The notes under the pieces were generated by a model that did not search any database, was not told where the DNA came from, and saw only the letters and a program-made list of their open reading frames with translations. The translations under genes were made by a program, and so were the position numbers. From Escherichia phage vB_EcoP_PE007, in sequence record OQ938542.1: 64,000 nt of DNA; one strand, 5' to 3'. Positions 8,428 through 19,137 of the stretch are shown one piece after another; the stretch's first letter is position 1, and each line of letters begins with the position of its first letter.

Positions 8428-10995
8428 ATGTTAGTTGCAGATACCAACGAAATAGCTACCTCAGCGACACTGGGTAGCAAAGAAACAATTGCCTTTGGCA
8501 TCTCTGATGACCCGGCATTCTTTCATGTATTAAGTACTTCCCTGTATAACAATCCTACTCTGGCAGTAGTCCGTGAGACTATCTGTAACAGTTGGGATGC
8601 TCATATTGAAGCAGGTAAGACTGATACCCCTATTCGTATCACTATTGATACAGACAACTTTATTACCTTCCGAGACTACGGTAACGGCATTCCAGATGAA
8701 CTCATTGGTTCCATTTATGGTGTCTATGGTGCATCTACTAAGAAGGCCAACAGTAGCGTTACTGGTGGCTTTGGCCTGGGATGTAAATCTCCATTCGCTT
8801 ATACAGATAGCTTCCAGGTTACTTCATGGAACCAGGGAAAGATGTCGGTATATAACGTAGCTAAGGCTGCGATTGAGAATGATGGTAAGCCCGGTATTGT
8901 TCCTATTGTTACTGGTATTCCTACTGAGGAATCTGGCCTGGAAGTTAAATTCCAGTTAGGCAAACATGACGTAAATACCTTCGTGCATTACATCACATCA
9001 ATCGTATTTAACGGTGAGATTAAAGCTGAGCTTAGTATCCCTAAACTAGTTAAAACAGAAGCAGGCAATAGTATTCAACAGGGTGATTACACTTTATTGA
9101 ATACGCTGGGTATGTCATTTGAACCTGGTTCATATGATATGTCTGATAGATGGTATCAAGGCTATATGGGTAGCAGTAACATATACGTTCGCTACGGTAA
9201 TGTAATGTACCCAATTGTATCCAGCCCAGCTAGTGAAGAAGCTGTAGACCTTATCCTCAACTTCATGAATATTATTGGTGCTTCTAATCTAGTAGTTCAG
9301 GCTGCACCAGACACTTTAGCTATTGCTCCTAGTCGTGAAACGCTGTCTAACCAGAAGTTAACCGACGATGGTATTACTACTCTATGTGTAGATTTAGTAG
9401 ACCGTATGGAGAAAGAGATTAAGGCTAAGATTCCTGAAGCTATTAAGCAAGTTGAAGAATATGCCTCTAAATCCTCTACTCGCTTTTGGGAATATCCATC
9501 TTTCCTACTTGCTGTTACAGACAGAACCGTCCAACGTTATATGTCCTCTAGCTTATGGGCTAAGCAACGTAAGCATCACATCAAACACTGGCGTAATCTA
9601 TCCAATAAGGCTTTGTTAGCTCGCCCTGAGTATGCAGGTCTTAAGAAACTGTATGGCAAGGCTATGTGTGCTCTTAAGGATACTCGTGAAGAAAGTACAT
9701 ACTCTCCGTTCCAGGAATTAGTATATCGCCATCTACACTTACCACAGCTTGCTGCTTTGAAAACCTCTGGTATTAAGTGGTCTGGTTACATAATGAACCA
9801 AGGTAATCGTGTTGACCTGGTGAAGGGTAGACTTACTGACTACTTTAAGATGTATCATAACTCCCATCAGGGTATTGGCATATTTACTACCAAGAACGTT
9901 GTAGTTACTCGCCGTTTATCTGATTGTGCAGACTCTTTTTCATACTTCCCTGAGTACAATCGAGGTGATCTGGAGCGTACAGCTTTTGTTCACGTCGTTG
10001 GTCCTAAGAAGGGTGCAGCAGAAGAAGCTGTAACTAAGTTCACTGCTATGGGTTATCGGGTAATTGACCTTACTCAATATAATGAGTGGGACAAACCAAC
10101 TAACTTCCGCAGAGAACAAGCTAAGATAGCTGCCGAGAAACGGGCTAAGACAATAGCTGCCAATAAAACCAAAGCAACTAGTAAAACCAATGCTCTGATT
10201 TCATTGAATGCAGTTCTTGGTGCTACCCAGGTGCGGAATAAAAATGGAGATTGGGAACCCAAGCCGTATATTCAGAAAGAATTTGCTGACCCAAGTCGCC
10301 ATGAAAAGTACGGTTTCGTTGAAGTAGAACAGCCTAAGTACTACGTACTAGCCAATCAGGTTGGTTCAGGTAACCCAGTAACTGCCAGTATTGGAACCAT
10401 GTGGAAATGGTATGAGTTATCCGATGAGATGAAAGCAGAGACTGTTGTCTGTCGTAATCAAATTGAAGCTAACAAGGCCAAACGACGTGGTGCTATCCAC
10501 ATTGATGATGTTCGCTTTAGTGAACTGATGTCTGTTATTACCAGTAAAGGATTCAAGAAATATGTTACTGAACATCGTATAGGTATTCTGGAATACGTAG
10601 GACTGGATGACAGAGAGTATTGGGAAATCCTAGACATACTGGGTCTAACCTTCAAACCATTACAGAATCTGATTTTTAAACCAGAATATGAATGGGCATA
10701 TGACTTTCTACGGAATCGACCACACGACAACAAAGAAAAACTTGTTGAAATGGGTTGTATTAAGTCAGTGGATGACTTAGAGCCATATGCAATAATGACT
10801 AATCCGCGTAATCATAAGTACTTTAAAATACTTAATGATTACAAAGAATTATTCAGTTATAGCTGGAATAAAAATGACATCCTACAGACGCTGGACTTAG
10901 GTAGTTTGGTCAAACACCTTAAGAAGAATCCAGAGGATATTCCTGGGTTTAAGTCCCTCTACCGTAATCGTCTAAATAAACTGAAAGGTAACTAA
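8428..10995 (+). CDS. rIIA: rIIA-like protein (GHKL ATPase domain)
   Basis: N-terminal GHKL boxes: RETICNSWDAH, DYGNGIP, GGFGLGCKSPFAYTDS; paired with a downstream large partner as in rIIA/rIIB. Confidence 0.6.
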   Translation: MLVADTNEIATSATLGSKETIAFGISDDPAFFHVLSTSLYNNPTLAVVRETICNSWDAHIEAGKTDTPIRITIDTDNFITFRDYGNGIPDELIGSIYGVYGASTKKANSSVTGGFGLGCKSPFAYTDSFQVTSWNQGKMSVYNVAKAAIENDGKPGIVPIVTGIPTEESGLEVKFQLGKHDVNTFVHYITSIVFNGEIKAELSIPKLVKTEAGNSIQQGDYTLLNTLGMSFEPGSYDMSDRWYQGYMGSSNIYVRYGNVMYPIVSSPASEEAVDLILNFMNIIGASNLVVQAAPDTLAIAPSRETLSNQKLTDDGITTLCVDLVDRMEKEIKAKIPEAIKQVEEYASKSSTRFWEYPSFLLAVTDRTVQRYMSSSLWAKQRKHHIKHWRNLSNKALLARPEYAGLKKLYGKAMCALKDTREESTYSPFQELVYRHLHLPQLAALKTSGIKWSGYIMNQGNRVDLVKGRLTDYFKMYHNSHQGIGIFTTKNVVVTRRLSDCADSFSYFPEYNRGDLERTAFVHVVGPKKGAAEEAVTKFTAMGYRVIDLTQYNEWDKPTNFRREQAKIAAEKRAKTIAANKTKATSKTNALISLNAVLGATQVRNKNGDWEPKPYIQKEFADPSRHEKYGFVEVEQPKYYVLANQVGSGNPVTASIGTMWKWYELSDEMKAETVVCRNQIEANKAKRRGAIHIDDVRFSELMSVITSKGFKKYVTEHRIGILEYVGLDDREYWEILDILGLTFKPLQNLIFKPEYEWAYDFLRNRPHDNKEKLVEMGCIKSVDDLEPYAIMTNPRNHKYFKILNDYKELFSYSWNKNDILQTLDLGSLVKHLKKNPEDIPGFKSLYRNRLNKLKGN

Positions 10996-10999
10996 TCTG

Positions 11000-13048
11000 A
11001 TGAAAATCGAACTGATTTCTATCATCGCACTGGCAGTTGACAGTCGTAACCTTACATTGTGGAAGCCTGATGGCTCCACGATTGTATATCCTCAGAGCGA
11101 CCCACGGGTTGCTCGTATTGTATCTGAAGCACAAACCAAGGGTCTGGGAACTACCAAAGACCAAATAGAAGTAAACATTGCACCGGAAGTAAACCTGCGT
11201 ACTGAATATCTGGAAGCAGAGAAGAACACTAACGGATTCGTCCGTTTCTTCAAGGTAGCCAAAGCTAAGCTTAAAGATTTCTTCCAAGATGGTACGGGTA
11301 CTCAACCTGACCGTATCATTTCTGATATTAAGCTAGGCAATCCAACCAAAACATTAGTGTCTAAAGCTATGGATACATTCCTGGCTGTACAAGCTAATGA
11401 ACCAGAAGTAACAGTATCTGACGGTTTCTACGACAGACGTGACAACCTAATGTGGGTTACTGGCTGGGATAAGGACCATAACCATCCTGCATTGGTTCGT
11501 TTTATTAACGATGTATTGTGTTGGGGCTATGCTCATACCGACCGTACTCTTGCACAGGAATGGCCTATTGCAATTCGTGCAGTATCCGATGATGAAATGT
11601 GTGAGTTTGCTAAACAAGCTAAACACATCAAAGGGGTACACATTGTATTCACCAGTCGTGATGTAACACCATTTCCTTACGTAGAAGTAGCTAAAACTAC
11701 GAACCAGGACAAACTGGCTGCTGCTTCTGAAAAGTTAGCTGCATTGGGAGCTATCAGTACCGATGATGCTAACTTCCACACTGAAGTGAAGGAGGATGAA
11801 GTGGTTGTTGCTGTTACCAACAATGGGGTTATCCCTGGAGTTGAGAACCTGCATCGTCACTTACGTCAGTCTGCCAAGCTGAAAGACTACAAGGGCTTTA
11901 CTAAGTTCCTTGAACGCCTGGCTCCGGTTATTAAAGACCGTCTGCACTCAGTAGAAGACCTGATGAAGTTCATGGAAACTGCTGAATTACCTATTGCCGA
12001 TGATGGTTCAATCCTGTTCCTTAAACGCCTTAAGTCTAGTGGTATAGAAAATGGTAAACGTGTATTCGTTGACTGTCACTCAGGTAACATTCGTCAATGG
12101 GTAGGCTGTAAAGTGCAGGTACGTGAAGACCTGGTAGACCCTGACCGTCGTCAGGATTGTTCTAACGGTCTGCACGTAGCATCCATGAGCTATCTACGTG
12201 GCTTCGGTGGTAACGTAACTATCCTTGGTAAAGTAGCACCGGAAGATGTATTTGCTGTTCCTGAGTACAGCACTAATAAGATGCGTGTATCTGCGTATCA
12301 CATTATTGCTGAACTACCGGAAGAGGAACGTAATAACGTTAACAATGGTATCTACCTGTCTAAGACAGAAGTAGGTAAGAAGTTGCTTAATGATGCCATC
12401 GTTGGGAACCATAGCTCACCTACCACACTTATTATGGTTGGGGGTCATTATGGTACTAACCTCAAATACACTAATCTCACATCTGGTTCTGTAGAACAAT
12501 TCCGTACAGTTGCTAGCAAAGAAGCACTGAACATGGAAGAGTCACTGAATGAAGCTGTAGCTGCTGAACCAGTGAAGGCTACTGACCTTAAACCTGTTAT
12601 TAAGAAGGCTCCTACTGTGAAAGAACAAATCCAGGAACTGGTCAAAGAGTTCCTTACTGCAACAACCCCAGAAGATAAGTTAGCTGCTGCTGACCTTCTG
12701 GTAGAACTGCGTGGTAAAGCTCGTAAGCCTTGGGCTGCATTCGATGTGGGTAATGATGTAGTAGCTAAGATTGCTGATGTACGTGCTACCTATACAGCTA
12801 AGCCTATTGGTAAACCTAAAGCTGTTAAGCAGGATAAGACAGTTAAACCTACTAAATCTAAGCCTGCTATTAATAGTACTAATGCCAACATCATCAGAGG
12901 TTATCTAGCAGATAGTGGTATGTCTGATTATCAGAAAGCCCACTCCATTCATGACCTGAAACGTGCAGCTAAGAAGTCTTATGCTGCTATGGGTCTTACT
13001 GAAGAAGAGTGCAAAGCCATTGATAAGCTGAAGCACCACCTTAAGTAA
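11000..13048 (+). CDS. rIIB: rIIB-like protein
   Basis: Large ORF immediately downstream of the rIIA-like gene; call is by synteny only. Confidence 0.4.
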   Translation: MKIELISIIALAVDSRNLTLWKPDGSTIVYPQSDPRVARIVSEAQTKGLGTTKDQIEVNIAPEVNLRTEYLEAEKNTNGFVRFFKVAKAKLKDFFQDGTGTQPDRIISDIKLGNPTKTLVSKAMDTFLAVQANEPEVTVSDGFYDRRDNLMWVTGWDKDHNHPALVRFINDVLCWGYAHTDRTLAQEWPIAIRAVSDDEMCEFAKQAKHIKGVHIVFTSRDVTPFPYVEVAKTTNQDKLAAASEKLAALGAISTDDANFHTEVKEDEVVVAVTNNGVIPGVENLHRHLRQSAKLKDYKGFTKFLERLAPVIKDRLHSVEDLMKFMETAELPIADDGSILFLKRLKSSGIENGKRVFVDCHSGNIRQWVGCKVQVREDLVDPDRRQDCSNGLHVASMSYLRGFGGNVTILGKVAPEDVFAVPEYSTNKMRVSAYHIIAELPEEERNNVNNGIYLSKTEVGKKLLNDAIVGNHSSPTTLIMVGGHYGTNLKYTNLTSGSVEQFRTVASKEALNMEESLNEAVAAEPVKATDLKPVIKKAPTVKEQIQELVKEFLTATTPEDKLAAADLLVELRGKARKPWAAFDVGNDVVAKIADVRATYTAKPIGKPKAVKQDKTVKPTKSKPAINSTNANIIRGYLADSGMSDYQKAHSIHDLKRAAKKSYAAMGLTEEECKAIDKLKHHLK

Positions 13049-13110
13049 TAGCCTGTTCAAATAGCCTCACTTATAATAAAGTGAGGCTATCTTTGAAGAG
13101 GAAATAAGCT

Positions 13111-13506
13111 ATGTCTAAAATATTCAGAAGTAATCGCAAAGCAACTGATGAAGACATCATTCGTATGAATGCTGTTGGTCTGTCCCTCGCAACTATCGCT
13201 AAGACGTTGGGGGTTCACCCCACTACGGTTACTTTGCGATTGCGTTCTCTAAACATTGAACCAGCCGACACACGTCGGACGTTCATGGAAAACGTATTAC
13301 GACCTTTACCAACCCATGTGGCTGATTGGCTGTCAGAACAAGTTGGTCCTGCTTATGAGATTCGCTCATATGTAAGAGACTTGATTCTGGAAGCGTATAA
13401 TAATCGCCACCTTAACCAAGAGAGTGAGCATGACAAGTTCATCCGTTTGTACGCTGGCAAATACGGAAGCCTGGTTCCGGAAAGCAGTACCAAATCCGAC
13501 AAGTAA
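13111..13506 (+). CDS. HTH DNA-binding protein
   Basis: N-terminal helix-turn-helix GLSLATIAKTLGVHPTTVTLRL. Confidence 0.5.
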   Translation: MSKIFRSNRKATDEDIIRMNAVGLSLATIAKTLGVHPTTVTLRLRSLNIEPADTRRTFMENVLRPLPTHVADWLSEQVGPAYEIRSYVRDLILEAYNNRHLNQESEHDKFIRLYAGKYGSLVPESSTKSDK

Positions 13507-13522
13507 GAACATTAGTACCCAG

Positions 13523-13885
13523 ATGGGTTGCCATCTGGAAGAAGTAGAAGAAATGCTTCAGACCATTTATCCAAATGGTAGTTACGATGCAGAATTACTG
13601 CAACGTGCACAGGATGCTCTTACAAACCTGGCAAACCATATGAAACGTAATGACGATGCTTATCGCATTGATGCTAGTACCAACCTGCTGGATGCACTGG
13701 CAGACCAGATTGTTACAGCAACTGGCGTCGGTACTTTCCTTGGGATGAATGTCCCTGGAGCATTGGCTGAAGTCAATCGCTCAAACTATTCTAAGTTTGA
13801 AGATGGTGAACCTGTCTTCAATGAGAATAAGAAAGTTATGAAAGGGAAAGACTACACTCCCCCGGATTTAAGCCCTTACATCTAA
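13523..13885 (+). CDS. MazG-like nucleotide pyrophosphohydrolase (putative)
   Basis: ATG at 13523 (track start 13424 overlaps the upstream gene); all-alpha NTP-PPase-like pattern EEVEEML ... LDALADQIV ... EVNRSNYSKF. Confidence 0.4.
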   Translation: MGCHLEEVEEMLQTIYPNGSYDAELLQRAQDALTNLANHMKRNDDAYRIDASTNLLDALADQIVTATGVGTFLGMNVPGALAEVNRSNYSKFEDGEPVFNENKKVMKGKDYTPPDLSPYI

Positions 13886-13905
13886 CCCTCTACGGAGGGT
13901 TTTTT
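13884..13905 (+). terminator. rho-independent terminator
   Basis: aaccctc-tacg-gagggtt followed by T-run. Confidence 0.7.
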
Positions 13906-13918
13906 ACTGGAGATTTTA

Positions 13919-15229
13919 ATGTTTTCCAAACCTACCAAAGCCCCACTGAACAAGGGGCAAGAAGCGGTTGCGAAGGAGTTCTTCGACTTCCTGCTCAACC
14001 CTAATGCTACCGAATTCAATATTAGTGGCCCTGGGGGAACTGGCAAGACATTCCTGATGTCGCACCTCATTGATGACACTATGCCTGCATATATGGAAAC
14101 TTGCTCCCTTATGGGAACCAAGCCCCTGTATAACGAAGTTGTTATGACTGCGACCACGAACAAGGCTGCTGAAGTTCTGGCTCAGGCTACTGGACGTCCA
14201 ACATCTACCTATCATTCCTTCCAGGGACTGATTGTTAAGAATGACTTTAAGACCGGTGAGGCTAATGTCGTACCGTCTAAATCATTCAATATTAAGAAGA
14301 ACAAAATCATCTTCGTAGATGAAGCATCCATGATTGACCGTCAGTTACTTAAATATGCTCGTGAAGGTACTCACCAGTGCAAACTGGTATTCGTAGGCGA
14401 TGCTTCTCAGCTTCTGCCTGTTAAAGAGAATAAGTCTCCCGTGTATGCAGGTAATATCCCAACACACTATCTGACTGAACAGATGCGTACCGATGCACCG
14501 GAACTAAAAGCATTGCACCAGCAATTGCGTGATACGGTAGAAGGTAAGACAGGTTTCCTGCCTATTAAGTGTATTCCAGGCATTATTGACTGGGTACAGG
14601 GAGAAGAGATGGAGAAACTGGTTCTCAGTCACTTCACTCAACCCACCAACAGCCGTATTGTTGCTTACACAAATGACCAGGTTATTAATTACAATAACTA
14701 CATTCGTGAAGCCAATGGTTACGTGGGTGAGTACTCCATCGGTGAACAGTTAGTTTCTAACTCTGCTGTTCGCTTAGGTGTGGAAGACCGTCTGTCTATC
14801 GAGCAAGACGTAAAACTCATCGACCAGGATAGCAGTACTCGCATGATTCAGGTTACAGGTGACCTGGAACTGGAAGTCCGTGATAGTACTCTGGACCTTG
14901 GCTATGGTGGTATTGTAAGTGAAGTCCCAGTACCTACCGACCCAGAATACTTCAACCGTTTGGTTAAGTGGCTAGGTAAGGAGAAGAACTGGGAACCTTA
15001 CTTCCGTCTTAAAGAAACCATTCCAGACCTACGTGCTACTCATGCATGTACTGTCCATAAATCACAAGGCTCTACTTACGACACAATCTTCATTGATGCA
15101 GATGACCTCTCAAGCTGTCGCCAACCGGATATGGTTGCTCGTCTGCTTTACGTCGCTGTGTCTCGTGCCCGTAAGCGAGTAGTGTTTTATGGCAATCTTG
15201 CCAGTAAGTATGGTGGTCTAACTTTCTAA
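13919..15229 (+). CDS. Dda/RecD-like SF1 DNA helicase
   Basis: Walker A GPGGTGKT, Walker B FVDEASM, motif TVHKSQGSTYD. Confidence 0.85.
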   Translation: MFSKPTKAPLNKGQEAVAKEFFDFLLNPNATEFNISGPGGTGKTFLMSHLIDDTMPAYMETCSLMGTKPLYNEVVMTATTNKAAEVLAQATGRPTSTYHSFQGLIVKNDFKTGEANVVPSKSFNIKKNKIIFVDEASMIDRQLLKYAREGTHQCKLVFVGDASQLLPVKENKSPVYAGNIPTHYLTEQMRTDAPELKALHQQLRDTVEGKTGFLPIKCIPGIIDWVQGEEMEKLVLSHFTQPTNSRIVAYTNDQVINYNNYIREANGYVGEYSIGEQLVSNSAVRLGVEDRLSIEQDVKLIDQDSSTRMIQVTGDLELEVRDSTLDLGYGGIVSEVPVPTDPEYFNRLVKWLGKEKNWEPYFRLKETIPDLRATHACTVHKSQGSTYDTIFIDADDLSSCRQPDMVARLLYVAVSRARKRVVFYGNLASKYGGLTF

Positions 15230-15239
15230 GGGAGGATAT

Positions 15240-15770
15240 ATGCCTCAGATTGGTTCAGCGACTATTGGTCAGGTTGCCAATAGCAGTGAGATAGTCAAAC
15301 ACCTGTTCTTAGCAGAACTGGTTCGTCTTGATAATGTGTTAAACGGTATCATTGATAAGAACGACCGTATCAATGGTATTGATGTATCGGCTGGATTCCT
15401 TTATCAAGGGGAGTTCTATCAGCGTTCTAATGCTTCCAGACCTCCGACCTACGGTGAGCGATTAACGCTTAATCCAGAACTTTGGCCTGCAATGGACAAG
15501 TATCTGAAAGCCTCCAGTCGTCTGATTATGGAAGTACACCTAGTGAACCAGACTGTTTATCGCCTGGTTCGTGGTTGTATGTCTTATCAGGATGTACGTG
15601 ATGCTTTGCCTGAATGCCTGGTAGCCCAGGACCAGACTGGTAAGTACAAGGAACTACCACGTACTCGTGAAGCAGCCTGGACACTTGCTGGTGATCCTAT
15701 GGCAATAAAACAGTATGAGAAGATTCTTCCCTCTATTGAGTACTATGCAGCTTCTCATCTGATTTTCTAG
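15240..15770 (+). CDS. hypothetical protein
   Basis: ATG with gggagga RBS. Confidence 0.5.
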   Translation: MPQIGSATIGQVANSSEIVKHLFLAELVRLDNVLNGIIDKNDRINGIDVSAGFLYQGEFYQRSNASRPPTYGERLTLNPELWPAMDKYLKASSRLIMEVHLVNQTVYRLVRGCMSYQDVRDALPECLVAQDQTGKYKELPRTREAAWTLAGDPMAIKQYEKILPSIEYYAASHLIF

Positions 15771-15779
15771 GGTAAAGCT

Positions 15780-18359
15780 ATGCGTTACATCACCTCTCAA
15801 GATACGGGTAAGTATCCTATTGCTATCCTCGGTCATCAAATCCGAAGGGAGGAGATGATTAAAACCTACCTGCTGCCTAATGACCTAAGCATGGAAGATT
15901 TTATCTTCATTGAACTTCATTCTGCCCCTGGCAAGAAGAAGACTCCTGCAAGGGAAATTAAAGAGTTCATACAGCAGGAACTGCAACAGGTACTGGATGA
16001 TGCAGAAACTCAATACATTATCTGTACCGATTCTGATTACTTCAAAATACTGACTAAAGAAGCTAAAGCAGAGGCTAATCTCGGCTATGTTTGTGATTCA
16101 GTATGGGGTAAGCAGAAGGTTATCTATGCACCTAGCTACAGGCAGGTCTTTTACGATCCTCCTGTAGTGAAAGCCAAGATTGCTCAGGGTATGGATGCAT
16201 TACTTAACCACATACGTGGACAGTATGCTGAACCAGGACAAGGAATTATTGAATTTGAAGCCTATCCAGATACTCCAGAGAAGATTAAAGCCTGGCTAGA
16301 CCAGTTGCTTGAGATGAATAAGCCACTGGCTATAGACATCGAAGCATTCGGTTTAAAGCACTATAACGCCGGTATAGGGACAATTACATTCTGTTGGAGT
16401 AAGACACAAGGCATAGCCTTTAATGTGGACTACGAGCCAATTCCTGGGGCTACTGAAGCACCTTACGGGCGTATCAACAGAAATGGTGTTGTTCGAAATC
16501 TTCTGCGTGAGTTCTTCATTAAGTACACTCAACGGCAGATGTATCACAACATTAGCTATGACGTGTATGTGCTTATCTATCAGTTATTCATGGATAACCT
16601 GATTGATACAGAAGGCTTACTGCATGGCATGGAAATCATGCTACGTAACTGGGATTGCACTAAGTTAATCACCTACTTAGCTACTAACAGTTGTGCAGGT
16701 AATCACCTTAGTCTGAAAGACCAGGCTCAGGAATATGCTGGTAACTATGCTCAGGATGACATTAAAGACATTCGTCTTATTCCTAATGAGCAATTGTTAC
16801 GCTACAACCTCATTGATGGTTTGTGTACGTGGTACACCTACGAGAAGCACTGGGATACTCTTATTGCTGATGACCAACTGGATGTTTACAACAACATCTT
16901 TAAGCCAGCCTGTGAAGATATTATTCAGATGCAGTTAACCGGTATGCCCATAAATATGGAAACCGTTAACCAGGTAGCTAAGGAGATGGAAACTGACAGG
17001 AACCAGGCTCTGAAAACTATTCGTGAGTCCAAGCTCATGAAGAATTTCACCATGATGCTTCGTCAGGAATGGGTAGATGATAAGAATGCTAAGCTCAAGA
17101 AGAAACAAGTAACACTTGCTGATTGTGACATCGAGTTTAACCCTAACTCAGGTCCACAATTACAGAAGCTGTTATTTGATTATATTGGCTTACCGGTACT
17201 TGGTCTTACTAAGAGCAAGCAACCTGCTACTGATGGTGACACCATTAAAGCACTGCGTACGCATACGCAGAGTGAAGATGTTAAGGAACTGCTCAATGCA
17301 CTTATCGACTATAAGCTCGTGGATAAGATTATCACTTCATTCATCCCGGATTTCCGTAATGCACAACCTGGGCCAGATGGATGGCACTACCTATTCGGCA
17401 ACCTCAATCTGGGGGGAACGGTTTCTGGTAGATTATCTGCCTCTGAGCCAAACCTGCAAACCATTCCGTCTGGTTCCAAATACGCCAAGAAGATTAAGAA
17501 ATGCTTCGAAGCACCACCGGGTTGGATCTTTTGTGGACTGGACTTTGCAAGCCTTGAAGACCGTATCTCAGCTTTAACTACCAAAGACCCTCAGAAGCTT
17601 AAGGTATATACCGATGGCTATGATGGTCATAGTCTCCGTGCATATGCTTACTTCGGTGAGCAGATGCCAGACATAGAAGACACAGTAGAATCTATTAACT
17701 CCATTCAGCATAAGTACAAATCATTGCGTAGTGACTCGAAGGCTCCAACCTTCTTGCTTACCTATGGTGGTACGTATATGGGCTTAATGAAAAACTGTGG
17801 CTTCTCAGAAGAAAAGGCTAAGACTACAGAGAAACGTTATCACGACCTCTATGTAGTTAGCGATATGTGGGTTCAGGCTAAACTAGACGAAGCTGCCAAA
17901 ACTGGTTATGTTACTGCCGCATTCGGTTTGAGAGTGCGTACTCCTTTACTGGCTCAAGTATTACGTGGGACATGTAAGACTCCGTATGAAGCAGAAGCAG
18001 AAGGCAGAACTGCTGGTAATGCTTTAGGGCAAAGCTGGTGTCTACTGAATAACCGTGCTGGTTCAGAATTTATGCGTAAAGTCAGAGCCAGTGAGTTCAG
18101 GTTAGATATTCGTCCTAGTATTCATATTCATGATGCTCAGTACTTCATGATTCGTGACAACATGGATACCTTGCAATTCACGAACAAGCACTTGGTTGAA
18201 GCCGTTAACTGGCAAGACCATCCTGATATTGCTCATCCAGAAGTTGGTTTGGGTGGGGAACTATCCTTGTTTTACCCAACGTGGGCTAACGAGATTGAAA
18301 TTCCAAATCACGCTACCCCAGAAGAAGTTCATCAAATAATTCAAAAGGCATTCGCATGA
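15780..18359 (+). CDS. family A DNA polymerase with 3'-5' exonuclease domain
   Basis: Exo I LAIDIEAFG; motif A DFASLEDR; motif B RSDSKAPTFLLTYGG; motif C IHIHDAQ. Confidence 0.9.
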   Translation: MRYITSQDTGKYPIAILGHQIRREEMIKTYLLPNDLSMEDFIFIELHSAPGKKKTPAREIKEFIQQELQQVLDDAETQYIICTDSDYFKILTKEAKAEANLGYVCDSVWGKQKVIYAPSYRQVFYDPPVVKAKIAQGMDALLNHIRGQYAEPGQGIIEFEAYPDTPEKIKAWLDQLLEMNKPLAIDIEAFGLKHYNAGIGTITFCWSKTQGIAFNVDYEPIPGATEAPYGRINRNGVVRNLLREFFIKYTQRQMYHNISYDVYVLIYQLFMDNLIDTEGLLHGMEIMLRNWDCTKLITYLATNSCAGNHLSLKDQAQEYAGNYAQDDIKDIRLIPNEQLLRYNLIDGLCTWYTYEKHWDTLIADDQLDVYNNIFKPACEDIIQMQLTGMPINMETVNQVAKEMETDRNQALKTIRESKLMKNFTMMLRQEWVDDKNAKLKKKQVTLADCDIEFNPNSGPQLQKLLFDYIGLPVLGLTKSKQPATDGDTIKALRTHTQSEDVKELLNALIDYKLVDKIITSFIPDFRNAQPGPDGWHYLFGNLNLGGTVSGRLSASEPNLQTIPSGSKYAKKIKKCFEAPPGWIFCGLDFASLEDRISALTTKDPQKLKVYTDGYDGHSLRAYAYFGEQMPDIEDTVESINSIQHKYKSLRSDSKAPTFLLTYGGTYMGLMKNCGFSEEKAKTTEKRYHDLYVVSDMWVQAKLDEAAKTGYVTAAFGLRVRTPLLAQVLRGTCKTPYEAEAEGRTAGNALGQSWCLLNNRAGSEFMRKVRASEFRLDIRPSIHIHDAQYFMIRDNMDTLQFTNKHLVEAVNWQDHPDIAHPEVGLGGELSLFYPTWANEIEIPNHATPEEVHQIIQKAFA

Positions 18360-18661
18360 CAAAAAGTACTAAAGAAACCGTAGTCAGAAAATATCATTGG
18401 ATGGTAGCAGCACAGGTAGTCTTCCAGCTTCCTAAAGTGGATGATGGTTCCCTGCTTACCATGAACACAATGTTGCTCACTGATGAACCTTATGTGACCT
18501 ATAAAGATTTGGCTCGTGCCAATCATTCCCTGAAGATTAGTCTGGACCAGCGTTTCGACACTTCGGTTGACTTGAAGGACATTGTTTACCTGTCTCTTAG
18601 CAATCTGGGTCTGATGTCTGAACCAGAGTTCCAGGCAAACATGATTCCTAAGGAGAAATAA
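18356..18661 (+). CDS. hypothetical protein
   Basis: ATG overlapping polymerase stop. Confidence 0.45.
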   Translation: MTKSTKETVVRKYHWMVAAQVVFQLPKVDDGSLLTMNTMLLTDEPYVTYKDLARANHSLKISLDQRFDTSVDLKDIVYLSLSNLGLMSEPEFQANMIPKEK

Positions 18662-19137
18662 TGGCTAAGCTCTCCGGTGGATTGAATAACTGGTATGTAG
18701 TACCAGTTAAGAACCCTCAACGGAAAGAGCAAGAGCCATATCAAGCAGAGTGTGAGGATATTATCCAAGCACTGGGCATGACCTTCGATGAGGGTTGTGC
18801 CTTTAAAGCTCTGTGGCGAAATGCTGCTGCCCGTATGGGTAATGGTAAACCTGGAAACACTGCTGTTTACGATGCAGAGAAGCTGGTTCATTATGCTAAT
18901 CGTATTCTTGCTAAGGAGAAGTTAGCTAGTGAGTTATTTCCGGATCCTGCTACGAATGTAAATACCGTTGGTAGTTATTGGCACCATACAAACAATGGTA
19001 AACCTCACTTCACTAAAGAATTTTCATTCATTGAGATTGTTTATAAAGATGAACGAGATGAAATTTACTCGTATAACTTCAATCAGCTAAGTGAAATTAA
19101 GTGGAACTGGGTTCACAGATACAGGATTACTTACTAA
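18661..19137 (+). CDS. hypothetical protein
   Basis: ATG with aggag RBS. Confidence 0.45.
   Translation: MAKLSGGLNNWYVVPVKNPQRKEQEPYQAECEDIIQALGMTFDEGCAFKALWRNAAARMGNGKPGNTAVYDAEKLVHYANRILAKEKLASELFPDPATNVNTVGSYWHHTNNGKPHFTKEFSFIEIVYKDERDEIYSYNFNQLSEIKWNWVHRYRITY

Noticed and set aside
8428-10995. GHKL protein as gyrase B or topoisomerase II subunit
   Set aside because: The G2 box is Hsp90/rIIA-like (GGFGLGCKSPF) rather than GyrB-like, no TOPRIM-type region was seen, and the downstream partner fits an rIIA/rIIB pair better.
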